Shown: one piece after another, positions 25,599-32,000 of the stretch
How positions within the stretch are numbered: position 1 is the first letter of the stretch
Layout of the letters: the number at the start of each line of letters is the position of its first letter
Assembly: GCF_029504745.1 (NCBI RefSeq)
Contig: NZ_JAQFIQ010000007.1
Location: 30,001-62,000 of the forward strand
Origin: Breznakia sp. PF5-3
Lineage (GTDB): Bacteria > Bacillota_I > Bacilli_A > Erysipelotrichales > Erysipelotrichaceae
DNA length: 32,000 nucleotides
Direction of reading: 5' to 3'
Program-made: the position numbers and the translations under genes
Notes under the pieces: generated by a model
Told to the model about the DNA's origin: nothing
Databases searched by the model: none
Seen by the model: only the letters and a program-made list of their open reading frames with translations

Positions 25599-26675
25599 AT
25601 GAGAAAACTAAAAAAACAAATAGCTATTCTTACAGTATTGATAATTGCATTCATTACTTGTGCTAGCCCTTTACAGGCTGTGCATTATTCACAAGTGCCA
25701 AGTAATAATGGGGGACACCGTTTGCAAAATTCAATTGCATATGTAGGAGGTGGAAGAGCACCATTTACAGAAAATGGAGTGACGTATTATAATGCAGGAA
25801 ATGTGATCGAGCTAACGGTCACATTACCTGCTAATACATACGCAGTATCTTTGCAAGAAATCATTACCTATGATTTAAATCAAGTAGATTTGGTAACAAG
25901 TTTTAATGATATTCGTCAAACCTTTGGGCAATCCCTTTTGAATGAAGGATGGGCACAAGATGTATTTAAGATGAATGGAAACAATAATCAAATTTTACTT
26001 TCTGCAGCAGGAAGTGATTGGACTAATCACTCAAGTATTGCTGGTGGAGTTGTAGGAAAGATACGTTTTCGAATCAAAGAACAAACAACAACTAATGTTG
26101 GAACAAATATCAACATTAATTTTGTTTATCAAATTGCAGGAGCAAAACCAAATGGAAAAGGGTTGGCATATATTCATGCTGGATATGATCCAAGCAATGA
26201 AGGCGGTACCTATCAAGTATCTGCACCAACGATTTCAATTGCGGCTCATAAGATACCATCTGCACCAACGACACCTACCAATCCTGAAAAACCTACTGAT
26301 CCAGTCGTGGATTATCATCCAAGTGTTGTGATCGATAAGGAAATCAGTGAAAGTAAGAAAAAAGAGATTGCGGCAATTACAGCGAAACGGGATTATTCAT
26401 TCGCAAAATCGAATGATTTTATGAATGGAAAGAATTCGTATCGAAATATTGCGAAAATGTTGATTGATCAAATGGTAAAGACAAAAGATAAAATCAAATA
26501 TCAAACATATGAGTTTAAAGATCAATATTTAGATATAAAGGCTAAGAAGACAATTGTGAAAACTACTTGTTATACACATTATCTTTATATCGGGATGAGT
26601 TTTGTAGTAATTTTTGTAACATATGGTTATAAAAAATATTTAGAAGCGAATCGTAAAGTGAAATGGAGGTCTTAA
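25599..26675 (+). CDS. Membrane-anchored cohesin-like protein: signal peptide, cohesin-like module, Pro/Thr linker and a C-terminal TM helix
   Basis: Start ATG 25599 after gaagggaagg. Signal peptide KQIAILTVLIIAFITCASPLQA/VH. Cohesin-like region ~25680-26253 (GNVIELTVTLPAN..LQEIITYDLNQVDLVTS..QILLSAAG..GGVVGKIRFRIKE..GTNININF). Linker PSAPTTPTNPEKPTDP. C-terminal TM YLYIGMSFVVIFVTYGY followed by KKYLEANRK. Confidence 0.75.
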   Translation: MRKLKKQIAILTVLIIAFITCASPLQAVHYSQVPSNNGGHRLQNSIAYVGGGRAPFTENGVTYYNAGNVIELTVTLPANTYAVSLQEIITYDLNQVDLVTSFNDIRQTFGQSLLNEGWAQDVFKMNGNNNQILLSAAGSDWTNHSSIAGGVVGKIRFRIKEQTTTNVGTNININFVYQIAGAKPNGKGLAYIHAGYDPSNEGGTYQVSAPTISIAAHKIPSAPTTPTNPEKPTDPVVDYHPSVVIDKEISESKKKEIAAITAKRDYSFAKSNDFMNGKNSYRNIAKMLIDQMVKTKDKIKYQTYEFKDQYLDIKAKKTIVKTTCYTHYLYIGMSFVVIFVTYGYKKYLEANRKVKWRS

Positions 26676-26678
26676 TTT

Positions 26679-26828
26679 ATGAACTGTGGATATGACATGA
26701 TGGCTTTGATATTATTCTTTATTACCGTGTTTGTTTGTAGCTTTTATATCATGAAATTAAAGCGTCAACATGCACAAAGTAATGTCTTACATGATCAATT
26801 TTCAAAATATTTTAAAAAAAATGATTAA
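26679..26828 (+). CDS. Small (49 aa) single-TM protein; not in the supplied ORF track
   Basis: The ATG lies 9 nt after GGAGG (26665-26669, inside the end of the previous gene) and 3 nt after its stop. Sequence MNCGYDMMALILFFITVFVCSFYIMKLKRQHAQSNVLHDQFSKYFKKND: one TM followed by a basic tail. Confidence 0.45.
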   Translation: MNCGYDMMALILFFITVFVCSFYIMKLKRQHAQSNVLHDQFSKYFKKND

Positions 26829-26832
26829 AAAC

Positions 26833-26858
26833 GGAACCTTTTTCGGATTATAAGCGTC
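26833..26858 (+). promoter_or_regulatory. ECF-type promoter motif P2 (GGAACC-N16-CGTC) with no adjacent gene
   Basis: GGAACC 26833-26838, CGTC 26855-26858. It shares GGAACCTTTTT with P1. The next CDS starts 273 nt downstream. Confidence 0.45.
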
Positions 26859-27038
26859 TCAATAATGAAGGGTAAATTATTTATCCTTTGCGGATATAGT
26901 TATTTTGCAATACAACAATTACTATTAAATATCATAACCGAATATTTATTCAATCGAAATTAATCCTTTCTTTATTCGATGGTATCAATTAGCCCTCAGT
27001 AGTTGGATGTATACTAAATGATTATCTTTCGCAACTAG

Positions 27039-27119
27039 ATATCGCTATCAACTAATTAAATACGCCTTCCCTGAACAATACATGTATTTAGTTAACCCCG
27101 ATAGCGATATATTTTTTTT
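27039..27119 (+). terminator. Long interrupted hairpin plus U-tract (terminator or attenuator) abutting the SD of the next gene
   Basis: atatcgctatc (27039-27049) is the exact reverse complement of gatagcgatat (27100-27110). Inner arms aactaattaaatac / gtatttagtt extend the helix. T8 at 27112-27119, then GGAGG and ATG 27131. Confidence 0.5.
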
Positions 27120-27130
27120 GGAGGAATAAA

Positions 27131-27592
27131 ATGAAAAAAATTATAATTAGCTCAATTTGCTTTGTTGCATTACTAGCTGGATGTTCTTCTGGTAGCAAGG
27201 GAAGTGAAAAAGTTTGTACAATGACACAAGGAGCTAGTGATGAATTAGAAGAAAAAATTACCATTTCTTATGATGGAGATACAGTAACAACCATTGTTTC
27301 AAAGACTACCATTGATGTAGAAAAAACGAAAACAGGTACAACAATGGAGGATTTAGAAAAGCTTGCAAAAGATGTTGATAAAGTTTATAACGCTATCAAG
27401 GGTGTAAAGTATACATATGAAAGCAAAGATAAGAAATTCTATGAAACGATAACTGTAGATATCAAGGAAGAGAATATGGAAGAATTACAAAACAAGGGAA
27501 TGATTAATATGTATGTTGATGAAGATGGAAAAATCTTAAAAGCTGACAAATTGATTGATTTCTTGAAAGATTCAGGAATGAAGTGTAAATAA
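27131..27592 (+). CDS. Lipoprotein, YehR/DUF1307-like
   Basis: Lipobox LLAGC (MKKIIISSICFVALLAGCSSG). ~150 aa with an alternating beta/alpha pattern (ITISYDGDTVTTIV..; YNAIKGVKYTYESKDKKFYETITVD; ..KADKLIDFLKDSGMKCK), typical of DUF1307 lipoproteins as I recall them. Confidence 0.6.
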   Translation: MKKIIISSICFVALLAGCSSGSKGSEKVCTMTQGASDELEEKITISYDGDTVTTIVSKTTIDVEKTKTGTTMEDLEKLAKDVDKVYNAIKGVKYTYESKDKKFYETITVDIKEENMEELQNKGMINMYVDEDGKILKADKLIDFLKDSGMKCK

Positions 27593-27604
27593 TGAATATA
27601 ATAC

Positions 27605-27640
27605 AAAGATAGAACAATTTATAGTTTTATCTTTTTTTTT
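27605..27640 (+). terminator. Strong rho-independent terminator
   Basis: aaagatagaac (27605-27615) / gttttatcttt (27624-27634), 11 bp with one G-U. The U-tract runs to 27640. Confidence 0.85.
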
Positions 27641-27712
27641 GTGTCATTTTTGTTTGGTTTTATAACTAATATACTCATATGAAGTAAGTTTTAATATAAA
27701 ATAAAAAAATAA

Positions 27713-27739
27713 TGAACCATTTTTATGTTTATTTCAACT
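27713..27739 (+). promoter_or_regulatory. Diverged copy of promoter P1 upstream of sigma gene 2 (TGAACC-N17-AACT)
   Basis: TGAACCATTTTTATGTTTATTTCAACT compares with P1 GGAACCTTTTTTGTTTATTTCCGTC. The spacer string GTTTATTTC is identical, while both the -35 first base and the -10 CGTC differ. Functional status is unknown. Confidence 0.35.
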
Positions 27740-27789
27740 AATTATATGATAGGTTATATTTTTGTCATGTATTGAAAGGGGGCGATGCT

Positions 27790-29091
27790 ATGATGAGAAA
27801 AGTGGATGTGAAATATGTAGAAGCACTTCAACGCGGTGATTTGGAGGCTTTTAATGTAATTTACGATTATTATAAGAATTCCATTTATTTTTTTGTACTT
27901 AAATTTGTTGGTAATCAACAAGATGTTGAGGAAGTAGTACAAGATACGTTTGTCAATGCATATCGAAATATCAATATGTTGAAATCTTTGGATGCTTTTC
28001 ATTCATGGCTTTTTAGTATTGCTTACAGCCAAGCACAAATGGTATATCGAAGAAAATCACATGGTAATCTGATTGATGGGAATCTAGAAGAAATTGCTAA
28101 GGTTGAAGATTCACAAAAAAAAGAAATTGAAAATAAAGATATTCTTGGAGCTGTAGAAGATGAATTGTATAAATTGCCTGCAAAATATTCACAAGTAGGA
28201 CAATTGAAATACTTTGAAGAACTTTCGGTAAAAGAAATTGCAGAGGTCTTAAGTATTCCAGTCGGAACGGTTAAAACTAGATTAATGCGAATTAGAAAGA
28301 TGATATCTCCTGGTTTAGAAAAAAGAGGATATACACCAAAGAAATATTTTGGGTTTGCATTTACACCGCTTCTTTACCAAGCCTTTACAGCAATGATTAA
28401 CAATCATACATTGTCTGCTGAGCAATCAGTGTCAACGTTCAATACGATTCAAGAGAAGATTACTACTGGAGGAGGAACGGCCTTGTTGAGTGGTGTTTCT
28501 GCGACAGGTGCTATGGCATCTGCAGGTGTTAGTGCAGTAAATAAAGCAATGATTGGAGCAACTCTTATGGCAAGTGCAGTAGGTGGTGTTGTCATTTATC
28601 AAAACTTACATACGGAAGCTGCAGTAATTGAAGATATTGTATATTATCAAGATCTAACAAATAAGGATATTGAAGTTGCGGTTCTTTGCAATAAAGAAAT
28701 TGGTAGTGCGGATATTGATGTGTCGTATAACGAAACACCAGTCGTATTTCGTATAGAGGATAATAAGGTATTGTTTGATGCCAAAGATAATGGTGAATAT
28801 AAGATTAGTTTAAATGATGAAAATCAAGTCCTTACCATTGATAATATTGATAAGGAAGTTCCATTGATTCATAATGTGGCATATGATAACGATTTACTAA
28901 AAATTGAATTTGATGATGCAAATGCAATAGATTATCAAAAATCATATGTAAACTTTAATGAAAAATCATATACAATTTCAAAGCAAGGAACCGTTCATGA
29001 AAAATTGGATGGTGAGTTTGAAGTTGTGTTGTATGACTTGGCAGGGAATAAAGTCGGCTATAAGATAGACTTAAAGACATACAAAAATTAG
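27790..29091 (+). CDS. Second membrane-tethered ECF sigma factor fused to a TM segment and an extracellular Ig-like domain (paralogue of 14268-15593)
   Basis: Start ATG 27790 after aaaggggg. Region 2 EEVVQDTFVNAY..AFHSWLFSIAYSQAQMVYR. Region 4 LPAKYSQVGQLKYFEELSVKEIAEVLSIPVGTVKTRLMRIRK. Conserved FTPLLY linker, Ala/Gly-rich TM AMIGATLMASAVGGVVIY. Ectodomain YYQDLTNKDIEV.., NGEYKISL..IDNIDKEVP, VVLYDLAGNKVGYKI. Confidence 0.8.
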   Translation: MMRKVDVKYVEALQRGDLEAFNVIYDYYKNSIYFFVLKFVGNQQDVEEVVQDTFVNAYRNINMLKSLDAFHSWLFSIAYSQAQMVYRRKSHGNLIDGNLEEIAKVEDSQKKEIENKDILGAVEDELYKLPAKYSQVGQLKYFEELSVKEIAEVLSIPVGTVKTRLMRIRKMISPGLEKRGYTPKKYFGFAFTPLLYQAFTAMINNHTLSAEQSVSTFNTIQEKITTGGGTALLSGVSATGAMASAGVSAVNKAMIGATLMASAVGGVVIYQNLHTEAAVIEDIVYYQDLTNKDIEVAVLCNKEIGSADIDVSYNETPVVFRIEDNKVLFDAKDNGEYKISLNDENQVLTIDNIDKEVPLIHNVAYDNDLLKIEFDDANAIDYQKSYVNFNEKSYTISKQGTVHEKLDGEFEVVLYDLAGNKVGYKIDLKTYKN

Positions 29092-29102
29092 AGGGGTAAA
29101 AG

Positions 29103-30272
29103 ATGATAAAAAAGAAGGGCGCAAAAATTAGTTTTTTAATCATGTTAATAATTGCTTTGTCATTTATTACTTCTTTTTCTGTAAATGCAGACTCGTTTTT
29201 TGATTTACATATTTCTATCAAAGCTGAATATCAAGGGGAAGCAATTCAAAGTCATACCAAGATTCCTTATGGAAGTAATGTTCGAGTGCATATAGATATT
29301 TCAAACCAACAGGGGAATCTTACATCTAAAGTTAAATTAATACCGAAAGAAAGTATGGAATTTCTTTCGTATCAAAACAGTGAAGCCCAAATCAATGGTG
29401 TTTTGCTTAGTGCTAATGAATATCAACAATTACTTAATGATGGATATTCATTAGCACTGGGAAGTACACCAACAACGATTGCATTGAATGTAAAGTCGAC
29501 AGGTTCTACAAGAAGTAAAATGTCAGCCGATATCAAAGTTTCTTCGACATCTATAAGCAATCGAAACTCTTATGAAATTTTTGAAATGCCAATACATGGA
29601 GATTTTAAGAGTAAAGAAACAGGTCCTCAGAATGCTTATCGAATCGCTTTATATGACGATGCGTTAAGTTTGATTGATGCTTTTGAAGTAACTCATAATG
29701 AGGTGTTTACATTACCAACGTTTACTCGTTATGGTTCTACGTTTGTAGGGTTTAATACAAAGCCAGATGGAACAGGTAAATATTTTATTCGTGGAACCGT
29801 TAATAAGGCTACTAATTTTTATGCTGTTTACAGCACAAACAAATACAAAGTCACCTATTACATAAATGGAAGTGTATATATGGTAGATTATGTTAATCAT
29901 GGTGAAGATGCACAAAATATTATTCCTTCCACTAAGGAGAGTGAAGGGAATAACTTTTTGCGTTGGGAAGGAAATCTAAATGCTGTTGATAGTGATCGTG
30001 ATGTGTTTGCAGTGTTTGAGAAAAAAGCAACCTTTCGCACTGGGATCGATTACTATATGTATATGATGGAACGAGGTTCTGGACGTCATAATGCGGATGG
30101 TGGAGATAGTTATAAACCAGATATTAATCTGTTTTTTGATGCCCTTATAGGGAAAATGCAAACATCCAATGAGTTTGTGAAGATTCTTTTCAGTACGATT
30201 CCTCTAATGTTGATTTTAGGGGGATGGTCTATGTACTTTTATAAAAAACGTTATGGAAGGAAAATATCATGA
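29103..30272 (+). CDS. Surface protein: signal peptide, DUF11-like N-terminal module, two Listeria-Bacteroides (Flg_new-type) repeats and a C-terminal TM anchor
   Basis: Signal peptide FLIMLIIALSFITSFSVNA/DS. IPYGSNVRVHIDISNQQGNLTSKVKLIPKESMEFLSY is DUF11-like. FTRYGSTFVGFNTKPDGTGKYF..NFYAVY and YKVTYYINGSVY..NFLRWEG..DVFAVF are Flg_new-like. C-terminal TM ILFSTIPLMLILGGWSMYFY followed by KKRYGRK. It starts 11 nt after sigma gene 2. Confidence 0.75.
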   Translation: MIKKKGAKISFLIMLIIALSFITSFSVNADSFFDLHISIKAEYQGEAIQSHTKIPYGSNVRVHIDISNQQGNLTSKVKLIPKESMEFLSYQNSEAQINGVLLSANEYQQLLNDGYSLALGSTPTTIALNVKSTGSTRSKMSADIKVSSTSISNRNSYEIFEMPIHGDFKSKETGPQNAYRIALYDDALSLIDAFEVTHNEVFTLPTFTRYGSTFVGFNTKPDGTGKYFIRGTVNKATNFYAVYSTNKYKVTYYINGSVYMVDYVNHGEDAQNIIPSTKESEGNNFLRWEGNLNAVDSDRDVFAVFEKKATFRTGIDYYMYMMERGSGRHNADGGDSYKPDINLFFDALIGKMQTSNEFVKILFSTIPLMLILGGWSMYFYKKRYGRKIS

Positions 30273-32000
30273 AAAAATTAGAGGGAAAATGGATTAAAGT
30301 AGCGACTATAATTTCAATATGTATGATTGCTATTTTAGTAAAGAGTACCTATATGGTATTCAGTGAAAACACAAAATATCTTGATTATGAAGTTATGCGT
30401 GATCAAGTAAATCCAATTGCTTATATTGTGTTTGATGTTCATAACGCTGCAAATGAAATTGAATCGATAAAGGACCCAGAAGGAAATTTATTGGATTTAC
30501 AAACAGCGCGTTACACAGTTGAGGAAAGTGGTGAATATGTCTTTACGATTCGTTATATAGAGGCTAATGAGACAAAGGAAGTCACACAGGCAATTGCAGT
30601 GGATATTGTAAAACGTCCACAAGCGCGTGCGCTAGGAAGACAACTTGTACCAGATGAAAATTTTTATAATTATTTGATTAGCGAAAAAGGATTACCGACA
30701 GATTTTACACAAGCAGATCTTGCAAGTGTTGATTATATCGATTATATGACATCTGATCCATCCTTACGGATTAATAGCATTCAAGGAATTGAATACATGA
30801 GTAATCTTACACATGTTTATTTGAATGACCAAAATCTATCGTCTTTACAACCAATGAAAGATACCATTTATCCAAAACTAACAATGTTAGAGTTTAACAA
30901 TTGGAATACAGGGACAAACGCCATTCATGATTTATCCTTGCTTACCAAAAGTAGATTTCCACAATTAAAAGGTCAAATTATGTTTAATAATAATGGCATT
31001 ACAGATGAGCATTTAACAACCTTACCAACAAGTGATGGTATTGAAAAAGCCCAATTTCATTTTCAAAATAATAATATTTCTAGTTTAGAAATATTTCGTC
31101 ATTATTCAGACTTAAAAGAGTTGCATGTACAACACAATCAGATTGCTGATTTAACACCATTATCAACTTTGAGAAATGTGGAAATTCTTCAACTTTCAAA
31201 TAATCTAATTGTAGATGTTTCCCCTTTGACAACGATTCAAAGTATTTCGAATGCTTCTTTATATTTAAATAATAATCAGATTGTTGATTTATCACCATTA
31301 CAATCCTTTACAGGATCTATTTATGCCCAGACATATCATCCATCTATTGATCCTTATCATGATCCAGATCAAAATTATGGACAGCAGATTTATTTGAATG
31401 AACCAATTTATGGTGACAAGAAGACGAAAACAATTAAAGTGTATGCAACAGGTAAAAATCGTGATGGAAATGCGATTCCCTTTGAGTGTGAAGGAAATCT
31501 AGTTGAAGAGGCAGAGATAACACTTCTTGATTTAGATGATACCTATACATATACATCGTCTTTGATTGAATATGATACAAGGTATCAAAGTGTGACTACG
31601 CAACCTATCATATGGTGGGATAATCCAATCATTACAATGGATGCTTTAGAAATTTTCACTGATACAAATTATGATTTGTTAACGGGTGTAGAAGCGATAG
31701 ATACCTTAGGTAATAGTTTAACCACAAAAGTATCTATTCACGATAGGGGGAGCTTTAAAAGCGATGTACCAGGAACTTATGAAGTTCAATATAAAGTGGT
31801 AGATGAAAGAAACTATGAAACGATTCAGACACGTATTATCAAAGTACATGGTCAACCAATTCTTAAAATGGAAAACCAACGTTTTAATGTTGATGATTTC
31901 TCTAATATAAATATAAATCAACATGTAAATGCATATTGGATGCAAGCACAGGATAGTCCTAATCAAAGTGCTCAAAAAGTAGCAATTGAAGATAAAGACT
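30269..32000 (+). CDS. Internalin-like leucine-rich-repeat surface protein; the 3' end lies outside the window and it is absent from the supplied ORF track
   Basis: I hand-translated this frame from ATG 30269 (ATGA overlap with the previous stop) to nt 32000 and found no stop in 577 codons. N-terminal signal anchor WIKVATIISICMIAILV. Small beta module (IESIKDPEGN..YTVEESGEYVFTIRY). LRRs (IQGIEYMSNLTHVYLNDQNLSSLQPM; LHVQHNQIADLTPLSTLRNVEILQLSNNLIVDVSPLTT; LYLNNNQIVDLSPL). DUF5011/Ig-like segment (LLTGVEAIDTLGNSLTTKVSI..VPGTYEVQYKVVDERNYE..RIIKVHG). Confidence 0.8.
   Translation, partial: MKKLEGKWIKVATIISICMIAILVKSTYMVFSENTKYLDYEVMRDQVNPIAYIVFDVHNAANEIESIKDPEGNLLDLQTARYTVEESGEYVFTIRYIEANETKEVTQAIAVDIVKRPQARALGRQLVPDENFYNYLISEKGLPTDFTQADLASVDYIDYMTSDPSLRINSIQGIEYMSNLTHVYLNDQNLSSLQPMKDTIYPKLTMLEFNNWNTGTNAIHDLSLLTKSRFPQLKGQIMFNNNGITDEHLTTLPTSDGIEKAQFHFQNNNISSLEIFRHYSDLKELHVQHNQIADLTPLSTLRNVEILQLSNNLIVDVSPLTTIQSISNASLYLNNNQIVDLSPLQSFTGSIYAQTYHPSIDPYHDPDQNYGQQIYLNEPIYGDKKTKTIKVYATGKNRDGNAIPFECEGNLVEEAEITLLDLDDTYTYTSSLIEYDTRYQSVTTQPIIWWDNPIITMDALEIFTDTNYDLLTGVEAIDTLGNSLTTKVSIHDRGSFKSDVPGTYEVQYKVVDERNYETIQTRIIKVHGQPILKMENQRFNVDDFSNININQHVNAYWMQAQDSPNQSAQKVAIEDKD

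Noticed and set aside
31080-31975. Minus-strand ORFs 31080-31298 and 31718-31975.
   Set aside because: Both lie inside the long open + strand LRR-protein frame (30269 to beyond 32000). Their translations are low-complexity mirror images of LRR codons.
14200-32000. Whether the island is a bona fide cellulosome/amylosome or a mobile element.
   Set aside because: I could recognise no glycoside hydrolase, CBM or other CAZyme signature in any frame. No integrase, transposase or recombinase, flanking tRNA or obvious terminal repeats are visible, so neither label is supported.

Overview
The window looks like a low-GC Firmicute chromosome, with Erysipelotrichales/Clostridia-like codon usage and SD sites; this taxonomic guess is weak. 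Every gene I can support is on the + strand.

nt 1-14200 is ordinary core and accessory content:
- the 3' part of a UvrA-family ATPase, a DUF1287 protein, a GNAT acetyltransferase and a DUF218/YdcF-type membrane protein
- a DeoR regulator followed by luxS
- a probable yjdF riboswitch followed by yjdF
- an Fe-type alcohol dehydrogenase and a YtqB/MnmM-like methyltransferase
- a lipoprotein, a MATE exporter and a P-type ATPase
- a YutG/PgpA-like protein, a thioredoxin-like lipoprotein and an AAC(3)-family acetyltransferase
- signal peptidase I

nt 14200-32000 is an ~18 kb cell-surface island and the interesting part. I read it as a cohesin-dockerin-type, cellulosome-like assembly system with no carbohydrate-active enzyme. 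It contains three secreted proteins with an N-terminal cohesin-like module:
- one ends in a cell-wall-sorting-like tail
- one ends in a TM anchor
- one carries eight Ig-like repeats and a C-terminal dockerin-like module

It also contains a 1.66-kaa protein built as signal peptide, L-type-lectin-like head, 13 Ig-like repeats and a dockerin-like module.

Two paralogous one-polypeptide 'ECF sigma factor - TM helix - extracellular Ig-like domain' proteins bracket the locus. A shared ECF-type promoter motif, GGAACC-N15/16-CGTC, occurs at exactly three operon starts. The second sigma paralogue heads a further adhesin operon. That operon holds a DUF11/Listeria-Bacteroides-repeat protein and an internalin-like LRR protein that is missing from the supplied ORF track because it runs off the window end.

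All domain calls come from motif patterns read by eye. No HMM or BLAST search was run.
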